The notes under the pieces: generated by a model | What the model was told of the DNA's origin: nothing | Seen by the model: the letters and a program-made list of their open reading frames with translations, nothing else | Database searches by the model: none | Made by a program: the position numbers and the translations under genes | Part shown: one piece after another, positions 44,399-53,155 of the stretch | Layout of the letters: each line of letters begins with the position of its first letter | How positions within the stretch are numbered: the first letter of the stretch is position 1 | Assembly: GCA_024346625.1 (NCBI GenBank) | Contig: AP024665.1 | Location: 1,612,001-1,676,000, forward strand | Reading direction: 5' to 3' | Origin: Williopsis jadinii | Lineage: Eukaryota | DNA: 64,000 bases

Positions 44399-45583
44399 AT
44401 GGCCTCCTTTTGGGAATTCACTGATTTACTGCTGTCCAAGACGGTGACCTTCCCTCTGCTGCTGTTTGTCCTGTACCGGACATTTGTCGATGACAAGGTG
44501 AAGGGTGCTGGGGAGCGTGGTGAGGAAGGTAGAGCTGGTGGAGGCGCTGCTGCTGACGAGCACGATGAGGAGAAGATTGTGATCCATGCTTTGAAGGACT
44601 TTGACTGGACCAAGGAGGACCCGATCAAGTACAGACCGTTCAAGAAGGGAGAGTACAAGCTGACGATGGGCATCCACAACATCCCTCCAGACGAGTGGTT
44701 TCTCGTGGAGAACACGTACAAGGAGTACACCGACTTGAAGTGGTCGTATGCGACCAACCCTGATCTGAAGGACCACGGCATCTTCATGGCTGACGGGTGT
44801 GAAGAGGCCACGATCGAGTTCTACGAGAGAAGCACGCAGTTCATGGTTGATCGCTATCCTGACTGTTTCCAAGTGGAAGGTGACAAGATCATCAACAAGA
44901 TCCGTGGGGACTGGATTCCAAGGGACCCTTACTCCGTTGCGAACAAGAAGGACCTCCACCTGTACCTCTCCAGGTTCCTGGAGGAGGACTACATCATCCT
45001 GTACCCTGAGCCTGAGCGTAAAACCGATGAAGTGATCTTCAAAGGTGGTGTGTTTCTGTTTGCTGCTGGTTTTGACCCTGCCACTATCTTCAACACCCCC
45101 TTGACGAACATCCACGGCCCTGTCCCTGAATATAAGAGCAAGCTGAGACCGCAGATGAACAAGTTCTTTGACAAGTTGAAGCCCGGAGTGTGGGTCAGAA
45201 GAAACAACTGGAGTGTTCAAACGCACAACCGTGTCTTTGTCATGAACGACAACAAGGGTAAAGAGGACGAGGAGATCACCGATCTCGACCCAGATACCCT
45301 CGACTTCCAAAGAGAGGTGTTCTTCAGATCCGAGAGACAGATCCTCACGAGGCTGCCAAAGACCGGTGCCATCATCTTTTCCATTAGAACCTACCTCACG
45401 CCAATGAAGCAGATTCGTGACGAGGGCAACGACATCGTGCTGGAGCTGATTGGAGGCATTGAAGGTATGCAAGGTGTCATTGGCCAGTACAAGAGAAGAC
45501 CTGCCTGGGGACCTGCTGTGATTGCCTACATGAAGGGAGAGTCCAATGGTACCGATAAGCCATGGATCAAAGGGCTACAATGA
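44399..45583 (+). CDS. DUF3445 / heme-dependent oxidative N-demethylase alpha-like protein with N-terminal TM
   Basis: YRPFK..LTMG, EED..IL, IHGPVPEY, RRNNWSVQ, FRSERQILTRLPKTGAIIFSIRTY. Confidence 0.8.
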   Translation: MASFWEFTDLLLSKTVTFPLLLFVLYRTFVDDKVKGAGERGEEGRAGGGAAADEHDEEKIVIHALKDFDWTKEDPIKYRPFKKGEYKLTMGIHNIPPDEWFLVENTYKEYTDLKWSYATNPDLKDHGIFMADGCEEATIEFYERSTQFMVDRYPDCFQVEGDKIINKIRGDWIPRDPYSVANKKDLHLYLSRFLEEDYIILYPEPERKTDEVIFKGGVFLFAAGFDPATIFNTPLTNIHGPVPEYKSKLRPQMNKFFDKLKPGVWVRRNNWSVQTHNRVFVMNDNKGKEDEEITDLDPDTLDFQREVFFRSERQILTRLPKTGAIIFSIRTYLTPMKQIRDEGNDIVLELIGGIEGMQGVIGQYKRRPAWGPAVIAYMKGESNGTDKPWIKGLQ

Positions 45584-45594
45584 GCCGTTTTCTG

Positions 45595-45720
45595 CTGTAT
45601 ATAGAAGCCATACACTTAATCATAATTTATTCATTGCTAAACACTGCTGCTGTGTATAGAAGTCTCCACTCAATCATAACTTATTCATTGCTAAACACTG
45701 CTGTTGTGCTGTATATATAT
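45595..45720. repeat. 54-bp tandem duplication in the 3' flank of the DUF3445 gene
   Basis: aatcataa(t/c)ttattcattgctaaacactgctg at 45618 and 45672. Confidence 0.85.
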
Positions 45721-45811
45721 GTCACTATATGTCACGTGCACGCAGCTGTTGCCCTCCACCGAAATAGTGGAGACAAAACCGATGAGCCCATAAACCATTA
45801 TTATGTCTTCA

Positions 45812-45860
45812 AGAGGGCTGTTGAGACCAGAGCTGTTGAGACCAGAGCTGTTGAGTCCAG
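45812..45860. repeat. 15-bp tandem repeat (agagctgttgagacc x~3)
   Basis: Seen directly just upstream of the ATG at 45873. Confidence 0.8.
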
Positions 45861-45872
45861 GACAGTGTGACG

Positions 45873-46379
45873 ATGAGTAGGCCGGTGCTTACGGTCTATG
45901 AGCTTCTACAGTTATCTACAAAGGAGCAGAACAGGCGTCTTCTGGTGAGGCTCTACAGACTGAGTCACCAGCTGCCCAAGAGGAAGTATCAAGATGTATA
46001 CGGCCGGCTCATAAGACAGAGATGCCTAATACCGTATGAGAGGAGACTAGAACTGGTGTTGAATAAGCAGAGCACCGATCTCAACAAGGAGCAACAACTC
46101 CAGAGAAGGCTGAACACGCTGGCGTCCCTCGAAGATGCCCTACTGCGTAGAGATGGGTCTAAGCATCGAATAGTGATGAATCTTCTGGAGCACGAACTGA
46201 GCAAAAGGGTGTACATACTGCGCCATGTAAAGGCCTCGCCGGCCCTGGAGAACAGCATGGATCACCTGCACTACTGGGAGCCCGGTAATCCACTGTACAA
46301 CCATGATCTGCTGGCCAGCACAAGGCTCTTCGATCAGTGCCTAATGATGGCTAATGAATCGGCGCAGATGGAGCTTTGA
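45873..46379 (+). CDS. Small basic protein, Irc19/LYR-like
   Basis: VRLYRL...Y..LIRQR and C-terminal FDQCLMMANE..MEL loosely resemble Irc19; not certain. Confidence 0.55.
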   Translation: MSRPVLTVYELLQLSTKEQNRRLLVRLYRLSHQLPKRKYQDVYGRLIRQRCLIPYERRLELVLNKQSTDLNKEQQLQRRLNTLASLEDALLRRDGSKHRIVMNLLEHELSKRVYILRHVKASPALENSMDHLHYWEPGNPLYNHDLLASTRLFDQCLMMANESAQMEL

Positions 46380-46602
46380 ACGACAGCCGACGAGGAATAA
46401 CGCTGCAATTGGCCGAACAGCCACGATATCTACCCTTATATACTGGATCCAGGACATGTACATACCTCAACTAGGAGTTTCGTAGCAATTAGACGAGTTC
46501 ATTCACTTTACTAGCGTAGGCCTCAGTGCCTTCCGACGCTGTGTCACGTGATTCTCCTACATACATTACATCCACCGATTTCCACTCCCAAAGACGTGAG
46601 CG

Positions 46603-46701
46603 GTTACAGTGGCCGAGTGGTTAAGGCGATGCCCTGCTATCTTCTAAGAAGCTGTTAGGCATTGGGTTCTGCCTGCGCAGGTTCGAATCCTGTCTGTGAC
46701 G
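46603..46701 (+). tRNA. tRNA-Ser(GCU) with 17-nt intron (46640-46656)
   Basis: A-box TGGCCGAGTGG, anticodon arm ATGCC-CT-GCT-A/A-GGCAT, long variable arm, B-box GGTTCGAATCC, acceptor GTTACAG/CTGTGAC, followed by a T-run Pol III terminator. Confidence 0.95.
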
Positions 46702-46732
46702 CCATTTTTTTTTGCTGATGTCGCGGGTGGCT

Positions 46733-46787
46733 ATATAATAATTATATTATATTATATTATATTATATTATTATATAATTATTATAAT
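46733..46787. repeat. (ATATTATT)n-type AT microsatellite
   Basis: Seen directly downstream of the tRNA. Confidence 0.75.
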
Positions 46788-46937
46788 CGTGCTATGGGTA
46801 TTAATACCCAATTGAAGCAAGGAATCTATGATATTGCACATCTGGCAGGGGAAAAACCACCGAAGTACTCGTCAATTATCACCTCTTGGCTGGTGAAGCT
46901 ATTTACAATCCAACAAGGCTCCGTGAGACACCACACA

Positions 46938-47897
46938 TCACTCTCTCTCAGGTCTGCTAGCCAACGGTCTCGAGCCTTCTGGAGCCTCTCTGCCACTCCA
47001 TCTCTCCTGTTCCTGGTATCTCACTGGGATGTACCTATCCAGCACCATGTTCTGAATCAGTGAAAACGCATTGGAAGAGATCCAGTACAACGCCAGTCCG
47101 CTGGGAGCCTGTGTTGCAATGGCCATCAGGAAGACGGTGCCGCATCTGGAGATGTTCAGTATGGACTCCAATGGTGTGATCCTCAGCGAGCGACGAACAT
47201 GGGTGTTCTGTAATGAGTACGTCTTTGCATTCCACTCGACGTTGGTCAGTGCCAGCGTCCCAAGCACAATTGGCAATATTGCCAGGGGGTCACTGAGGGT
47301 GAGGTCGCTAACCCACAGGAACCCCTCTGTAGTCAAGGCTGGGTCCATTGGATTCGACGTGATGTCTGTCCATCCGGTCAGATCTCTAAAAGTGGCACTC
47401 ATCGCAATCCACAGTGGGATCTGAACTCCAGGAAGGATCAGATTCTTCCACATCTGGCAGTTGTGGTCCTTATACAGCTTCTTCTGCCTTCTCCTTCTCT
47501 CCTTCGACGACAGAACCATGATCTGCTCGTAGCTCAGCCCTGCAGCCTGGCCACCAATCATCTTAGCCTCTGGTGACTGCTGCTGTGACTCCAGAGCCTT
47601 TGCGCTTGTAGCCCTCTGTGCCAATTTCAGCCTCAGAATAGGACCCATCGCCTGGACCAAGGGGGTCAGCTGTGCCTGTCTCTGAGTTCTTCTTCTCTGG
47701 ATTATGGCTATTGGTAGCGTAAACATGGTTCTGAACGTGATGGTGGCCATCGGTATTATCATCCACCACGTCAGTGGGGTTGTCGAGTGGAGGGCCTCAA
47801 GCCCTGAGGTTAGCACCGTTATAACATCCGTTGGCGAGGAGACAAACGTCCTCTTTTGCATGTGCAGACAGCCCAGTCTAAGCTGTGGTCTTAGCAT
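46938..47897 (-). CDS. COX18: Mitochondrial Oxa1/YidC-family insertase
   Basis: WWMIIP..TITFR..TLP, LILPGVQIPLWIAMS, LYWISSNAFSLIQN; next to SPT4 as in S. cerevisiae. Confidence 0.88.
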   Translation of the reverse strand: MLRPQLRLGCLHMQKRTFVSSPTDVITVLTSGLEALHSTTPLTWWMIIPMATITFRTMFTLPIAIIQRRRTQRQAQLTPLVQAMGPILRLKLAQRATSAKALESQQQSPEAKMIGGQAAGLSYEQIMVLSSKERRRRQKKLYKDHNCQMWKNLILPGVQIPLWIAMSATFRDLTGWTDITSNPMDPALTTEGFLWVSDLTLSDPLAILPIVLGTLALTNVEWNAKTYSLQNTHVRRSLRITPLESILNISRCGTVFLMAIATQAPSGLALYWISSNAFSLIQNMVLDRYIPVRYQEQERWSGREAPEGSRPLASRPERE

Positions 47898-48110
47898 ATC
47901 TCCCTGAGTATGTCGTCACCGCGTATCACTGTGAAAGAGCACTCATCGAGACATAAATGTTGAAACGTCTAATATGCGTATATTTTTTTTTCACCCTCCT
48001 CGGACAGCCCACTCATCCCATACTACAATGGCAGACATAAATCACAGTCAATTGACTACTTTTCTTTACAAAATCCATACAGAATGACCATCACGGGATT
48101 CACCGTCACA

Positions 48111-48499
48111 TTAGTCCATAACGCTTCCATCCCTTGGTCTATAATTAGGTATATTCTCCGCAAACTCCCTCGGTAAGCGTCCTTGCACCTTCACGGCGTA
48201 TAGTCCCGGTATGTAGTTACTCACTCTGAGCCACTTGGCCACCCACGACTTGTCAGGCTCGCCGATGGCCACCAAGCCTTCGAACGTTGGTGACGTCGTC
48301 GACAGGCCAATGTCGAGCACATCGACACAGTTCGGACACCCTTCCTCCTGGAATCTCTGGATGTGGTTGTTAGTCGTGACGGGGTCTTTCTTCCTTGCCT
48401 CTGTGCCTAGCTGAAGTTAGGCAGGAGGCAAAAGAGAGCACAACTCACCTTGGCGGGCTCCACGATCCCGCACAGCATGCACGCCCTGTTTGAGCTCAT
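48111..48499 (-). CDS. SPT4: Transcription elongation factor Spt4; exons 48499-48449 and 48356-48111
   Basis: MSSNRACMLCGIV | RFQEEGCPNC..TSPTFEGLV..SWVAKW..GLYAVKVQGRLP; intron GTGAGT..GACTAAC..CAG (92 nt). Confidence 0.95.
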
Positions 48500-48899
48500 C
48501 GTTCTGTGGTCTGCTGGGTCTTGATATGCGAACTAAAGGGCTCGTGATGGTGGATCCGTGGCGCCTTCACGGTGTGTTTTGAGTGGTTGGTGCTGTCCGT
48601 ACGAACATTTTGGAACGGGTGTGTGATCTGGTGTCCGGGTGTATCTTACGTAAGCATTGTGTAATTATCACGTGACATGTGCTTACGTAACGTCTTACGT
48701 AACAAGTCACCCCATACGCACACCTCCGCCCCTGCTACCCCGGCAAGCTACACCGTTGCTAATACAACATCATTTCGTATACATTCAATATATACAGGTC
48801 AAAATGCATTGCACCACCCATCCCGGTCGTATATCGTTAAAAGGCCATCATCATTACTCGTCATCTCTCTCTAAAGTGTCATCAAATTGCACGTCTCTA

Positions 48900-49175
48900 T
48901 CACTCCTCCTTGATCAGCTCGTCATACTTCTGAACCTGGTCAAACTTCTCCTCGTGCTGGGACGCGTTGGAACCCCGTCTTGCCTTGCCAGCCACCGGTG
49001 GAATCTCGCCTCTGTTGATCAGATCCTCGAGCTCGTCGCCTGGCGAGCCCCAATTGCCCTTCCCGGCTCCGTTCTTCTTGGTCTTGTTTGGGTTGGTGTC
49101 GGAGTGGCCATTGTGGGTGAAGTAGTGGGACTGGGCCTTAGCCTCGTGCTTTGTCCACTTGTGAGTTCTGGTCAT
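48900..49175 (-). CDS. STF2: Stf2/Tma10-family hydrophilin
   Basis: MTRTHKWT..YFTHNG..NPNKTKKNGAGKGNWGSPGDELEDLI..RRGSN. Confidence 0.88.
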   Translation of the reverse strand: MTRTHKWTKHEAKAQSHYFTHNGHSDTNPNKTKKNGAGKGNWGSPGDELEDLINRGEIPPVAGKARRGSNASQHEEKFDQVQKYDELIKEE

Positions 49176-49836
49176 TGTTAAGATTGCTTGTTTAGTAATG
49201 CGTGTGTAGTAAGTATTGTAACTTGAAGAAGTGGAAAGGAGGTAGGAAATGAAACCAGGAAACCAGAACACAGGTGCTCCTTTTATAGTGATCCGGGGAT
49301 CAGGCACACAGCACAATTGCTCCCACACCTATCTCGCACGGACAGCCCCCTAATTGCCTTATCCGTCAGATAGGTGGCGCAACCATACGCTACCACGGTG
49401 CTACGGTACTACGGGGTAGTGACGTTACAGTGTGACGGGTAGTGTGATTAACAAATGACGTCTTATGACCTCATCTGGTATATTAGGGGGTGGCATCGGG
49501 ATGGCGTGTGACTCACTGCTTCATCCCACCAACGGGGGGAATGGGGGCGAATTGTTGGGCAGCAGCCTCCCCCGGTGTGCCAGCAACACCAGCCAAACCT
49601 CCACAAGACTCCACAGACCTCCACTGGGCTCAATTGGCGTGTTCTTCGTTGATAATTGGGCCCAACTGGGCCAGTGAGTATATACAGCATGGTGTGCGGG
49701 CGTGCCAGCGCTCATAACCCCTTCCCGATTAGGAAGTTAATCTGGGGCACGCCCCCCCCCGCCTCAGCTACATCCAGACACCACATACTTCACACCGTAT
49801 ACTGCGGTCCTACATACAATGGCCTGTTCTATCTAT

Positions 49837-50988
49837 CTAAACCAGCACTGCTGAGTCGTACAGCTCCGGCCCAAGCAGCCTGTACAGGTCAATTGTCACT
49901 CGTTGATACTCAGGCCTCAGTTCCAGGAAGGACAGCTTGGTTGGGTGTCCTGGTTGCTGTGCAACAGTTATGTCCAGTGAAGGAAGAACAGAGATGACTC
50001 TGTCCAATGGGACGAGGCCTGGGACCACGGTGGGGAACTCCAGCCGTGTGGAAGGCTCCTCGTGGTAGCTAATTCCAAGCCTGGTAAGCATTCTGACGGC
50101 CTGTCTTGTGCGCGAGGTTTCAGCCTGGAGGTATGATGAGGAGATGTCCTCATCCTGGCCGTTGAAGCACCAGAAACCACCACGCTGGTGGAAGCTGACG
50201 TATCTGTTGTCCAGTGGATTCAGCAGCTCGCCGCCGAACTTGGCCTTGTACTTCATCTTCGCACAGTCTTGGATGTAGTATCCCATGTAGTAGTAGTCCA
50301 GACACAGCCTTGTCCTTGTCTCCCTCATCTCAAGCAGTGCAGAGATCTTTCCCAGTGCCATGGACTTGAAGTCAGGGTCATACATGAAGTAGACGGACGA
50401 CAAGCCCGAGGGAAGCACGTCAAGAACACCAATGGCGATGAGCTGCTCTTTGTAGTAGTAGCATTGGTGCAATGAGCCTCTCAGCTCGGCAACTGAGGAG
50501 TTGGACAACGGCGAGTCGCATAGAAACTGTTTGAAGCCACTGGGGGAGCACTCGTCGTCGTCGTGCACACCACGCTGGTACTTCGCAAAGAGAGCGTACT
50601 TAGCGTCTGAGTACTCGTTGGACTCCCATCTGATCGCCAGATCTGGTGTCAATTGGTCCAGGTTGTCCAGCACCTCCTCGTACGACATGGTCTCGCTTTT
50701 GGCAACGTCCAACGCCCTCAGGAACTTCCTCACGTCATGCTTATGCTCCTTGGTCCATCTGAACTGTTCGTACGAAGTACGAATGGTGTACATGGGGCAG
50801 CACGTGCGCAGCACGTCGCTCTTGTAGATGAAGGTCCCGGACCGTCTGAATCCCATGTTGATGAGCTTGTCGTACTCGTCCACGGACATCTTCTCGCACT
50901 GGAACCCCATCGAGATCGAACTGTGCTTAGAGCCATGGCAGTAGCCACAGTGTCGATCCCTGGCATAGATAGCGTGAGTTATCAACAT
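49837..50988 (-). CDS. ATE1: Arginyl-tRNA--protein transferase
   Basis: CGYC, GFRRSG..YK..CCPMYTIR, HQCY..IGVLDVLP..SSVYFMYDPD, YYYMGYYIQDCAKMKYK. Confidence 0.92.
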   Translation of the reverse strand: MLITHAIYARDRHCGYCHGSKHSSISMGFQCEKMSVDEYDKLINMGFRRSGTFIYKSDVLRTCCPMYTIRTSYEQFRWTKEHKHDVRKFLRALDVAKSETMSYEEVLDNLDQLTPDLAIRWESNEYSDAKYALFAKYQRGVHDDDECSPSGFKQFLCDSPLSNSSVAELRGSLHQCYYYKEQLIAIGVLDVLPSGLSSVYFMYDPDFKSMALGKISALLEMRETRTRLCLDYYYMGYYIQDCAKMKYKAKFGGELLNPLDNRYVSFHQRGGFWCFNGQDEDISSSYLQAETSRTRQAVRMLTRLGISYHEEPSTRLEFPTVVPGLVPLDRVISVLPSLDITVAQQPGHPTKLSFLELRPEYQRVTIDLYRLLGPELYDSAVLV

Positions 50989-51129
50989 TCTGGTCTTTAT
51001 GTCCCACACAGCTGGGTATTAATTATGAGTAGCAGGCATCGGTGTTTAAATAGCGAAATTTTCCACCACTCTCGGTCGAGAAGCCAACCGAGACATAACT
51101 CCAGCAGCAACAGTACACAGCAATTGAGG

Positions 51130-51693
51130 ATGTTCTCGGTGCGTAGAGCCTTCAGTGGTGTTGTCCAGCTCAGCCAGGTCAGATCAGTGAGCAATCTCTT
51201 TGAGGTGTTCCCCTCGACGTTCAGCAAGCCGCAGTTTGTCGTCAATGAGAGGAAGTTGAGGAAGGAATATAGACAGCTTCAGCAGCAACAGCACCCAGAT
51301 TTGACGAAGAATGAGGACGACACGCAGTCGAGCCTGCTGAACAAGGCGTATACCACGCTCAAGTCGCCGCTGACCAGGGCACAGTACCTGTTGAAGCTTC
51401 AAGGCGTTGATTTGAGCGATGAGACGGATTCGCAGAAGTACTCACAGCCGGACGTTTTGTTCCAAGTGCTGGACATCCATGAAGCGTTGGAGAGTGTGGA
51501 TAAAGAGGAAGAGCTCGGTGCGTTCAAGAGGGAGAACGACGAGAGGATCCGGCAGAGCGTGGCACAGCTGGAGGAGCTGTTCGGGAGCGGAGACTACGAG
51601 CAAGCTGCGAGGGAAACCGTCAAGCTGAAGTACTGGGTCAACGTTGACAATGCCATCAAGAACTGGGATGGCAGTGTTACAGTGATGCATTGA
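51130..51693 (+). CDS. JAC1: Mitochondrial Fe-S J-protein co-chaperone (HscB family)
   Basis: LRKEYRQLQQQQHPD, LNKAYTTLKSPLTRAQY, KLKYWVNVDNAIKNW. Confidence 0.93.
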   Translation: MFSVRRAFSGVVQLSQVRSVSNLFEVFPSTFSKPQFVVNERKLRKEYRQLQQQQHPDLTKNEDDTQSSLLNKAYTTLKSPLTRAQYLLKLQGVDLSDETDSQKYSQPDVLFQVLDIHEALESVDKEEELGAFKRENDERIRQSVAQLEELFGSGDYEQAARETVKLKYWVNVDNAIKNWDGSVTVMH

Positions 51694-51719
51694 TATTCCA
51701 TTCTATGATATACGTCTTC

Positions 51720-52223
51720 TTATACGGCCAACTCCTTGTAGATGAACTCGACGCCGGAGACAAAGGTGCCCAGGAGGAACAGCCACGGTGAAACTCCTAC
51801 ACCGGACTGCCATACCCACTGCACGATTGGAATTGGTAGCACATTCGGCATGTAGAACACTTTGGTCTTTCTGTACCAGATCTTTATGAAGAATCCCAGA
51901 AGCGTGATCAGCCTCTTGAGCAAGGTGGTCGAGGAGCTGAGCTGGTCCTTCTTCGCCTGCAGTGCCTTCTCCGCGGTGTCGATCTCGCTGTTCAGCTGAT
52001 CAACTTTTCTGTTGAGCTTGGTCCATTTGGCGTACTGGTCCTGTGGTGACAGTTTGTTCTTGGCGATGTTTGTATCGTATCTGGCCTGCTTTAGCGACTT
52101 CACCTTGTGGGACTCGTTGGAGTAGCGCACCAGCAGTTGGACTATGGATTCGGTGATCAAGCCTAGCAACTTTTGAATGAAGAAGAAGCATGTGGCGAAG
52201 ATCAACAGAGCGATGGGTTCCAT
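51720..52223 (-). CDS. GET1: GET complex subunit
   Basis: SPQDQYAKWTKLNRK coiled coil flanked by TMs; next to CKB1/JAC1/ALK1 as in S. cerevisiae. Confidence 0.88.
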   Translation of the reverse strand: MEPIALLIFATCFFFIQKLLGLITESIVQLLVRYSNESHKVKSLKQARYDTNIAKNKLSPQDQYAKWTKLNRKVDQLNSEIDTAEKALQAKKDQLSSSTTLLKRLITLLGFFIKIWYRKTKVFYMPNVLPIPIVQWVWQSGVGVSPWLFLLGTFVSGVEFIYKELAV

Positions 52224-52241
52224 GGTGCGATTATCGTTGGT

Positions 52242-52304
52242 GATTACTGGCCACTGATTACTGGCCACTGATTGCTGACCACTGATTGCTGACCACTGAC
52301 TACT
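52242..52304. repeat. 14-bp tandem repeat (gattRctgRccact x~4) in the GET1/CKB1 divergent promoter
   Basis: gattactggccact x2 then gattgctgaccact x2. Confidence 0.85.
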
Positions 52305-52417
52305 CACCAGCGACCACGATCAACTTTTTTCTCCTCGGCCACAAAAAAAACCAAAAAAATTTAGAACTTCTCAACATCAAAAACAAACAAATCACACACA
52401 CAACCACAACAACCACA

Positions 52418-53113
52418 ATGAGTGACGTCTCTTCTGAACTGGAAACTTGGATCTCAAACTACTGCTCCCTCTACGGCCATGACTACTTTGTCGAAGTATC
52501 ACAAGAGTTCATCGAAGATGACTTCAACCTGACCGGGCTAAGCTCAATAGTGCCGTTCTACAGAGAAGCCTTAGATATGATATTGGATTTTGAACCTGAA
52601 ACCTCCATAGCCGTTAGTGATATGGCGTTGGTACAGCACTCTGCAGAGCTGTTGTTTGGACTCATCCATCAAAGGTTCATTCTAACAAAGATGGGATTAC
52701 AGATGATGGCCTCGAAATTCGAACAGAAGGTATTTGGAGTTTGTCCTCGTTATCTATGTGATGGAATGCACCTATTGCCAGTGGGCACTCAGGACGTACC
52801 AGGGCTTGAAACAGTCAGACTGTTCTGCCCGTGCTGTGCCGACATCTATCTCCCAAACTCGTCACGTTATCTGAACATTGATGGTGCCTTCTTCGGAACA
52901 ACGTTCCCTGGCATGTTCATGGATAAGTATCCGGAAGTGGTAAACCAAGCAAAGCTCAGAGGTAAACAACAGTTCCAACTAAAGCTATTTGGCTTCAAAG
53001 TAAATGAATCATCACAAGTTGGCCCAAGAATGAAATGGTTAAGACAGGTACCAAAGAATGAACAAGAGAGAAGAGATTACGAAGATTGTGCCTACGCAAT
53101 TAAGAACGACTGA
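52418..53113 (+). CDS. CKB1: Casein kinase II beta subunit
   Basis: GHDYFVEVSQEFIEDDFNLTGL, CPRYLC, RLFCPCC, DGAFFGTTF. Confidence 0.95.
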   Translation: MSDVSSELETWISNYCSLYGHDYFVEVSQEFIEDDFNLTGLSSIVPFYREALDMILDFEPETSIAVSDMALVQHSAELLFGLIHQRFILTKMGLQMMASKFEQKVFGVCPRYLCDGMHLLPVGTQDVPGLETVRLFCPCCADIYLPNSSRYLNIDGAFFGTTFPGMFMDKYPEVVNQAKLRGKQQFQLKLFGFKVNESSQVGPRMKWLRQVPKNEQERRDYEDCAYAIKND

Positions 53114-53155
53114 TTGGTTGTTCTGTTTGTTTTGTAAAACTGACTAATTAATATA

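Noticed and set aside
44426..45472. 348-aa antisense ORF over the DUF3445 gene (also those over GPM1, COX4, ALK1, H3, AFG3)
   Set aside because: Shadow frames expected from biased codon usage or low complexity on the sense strand.
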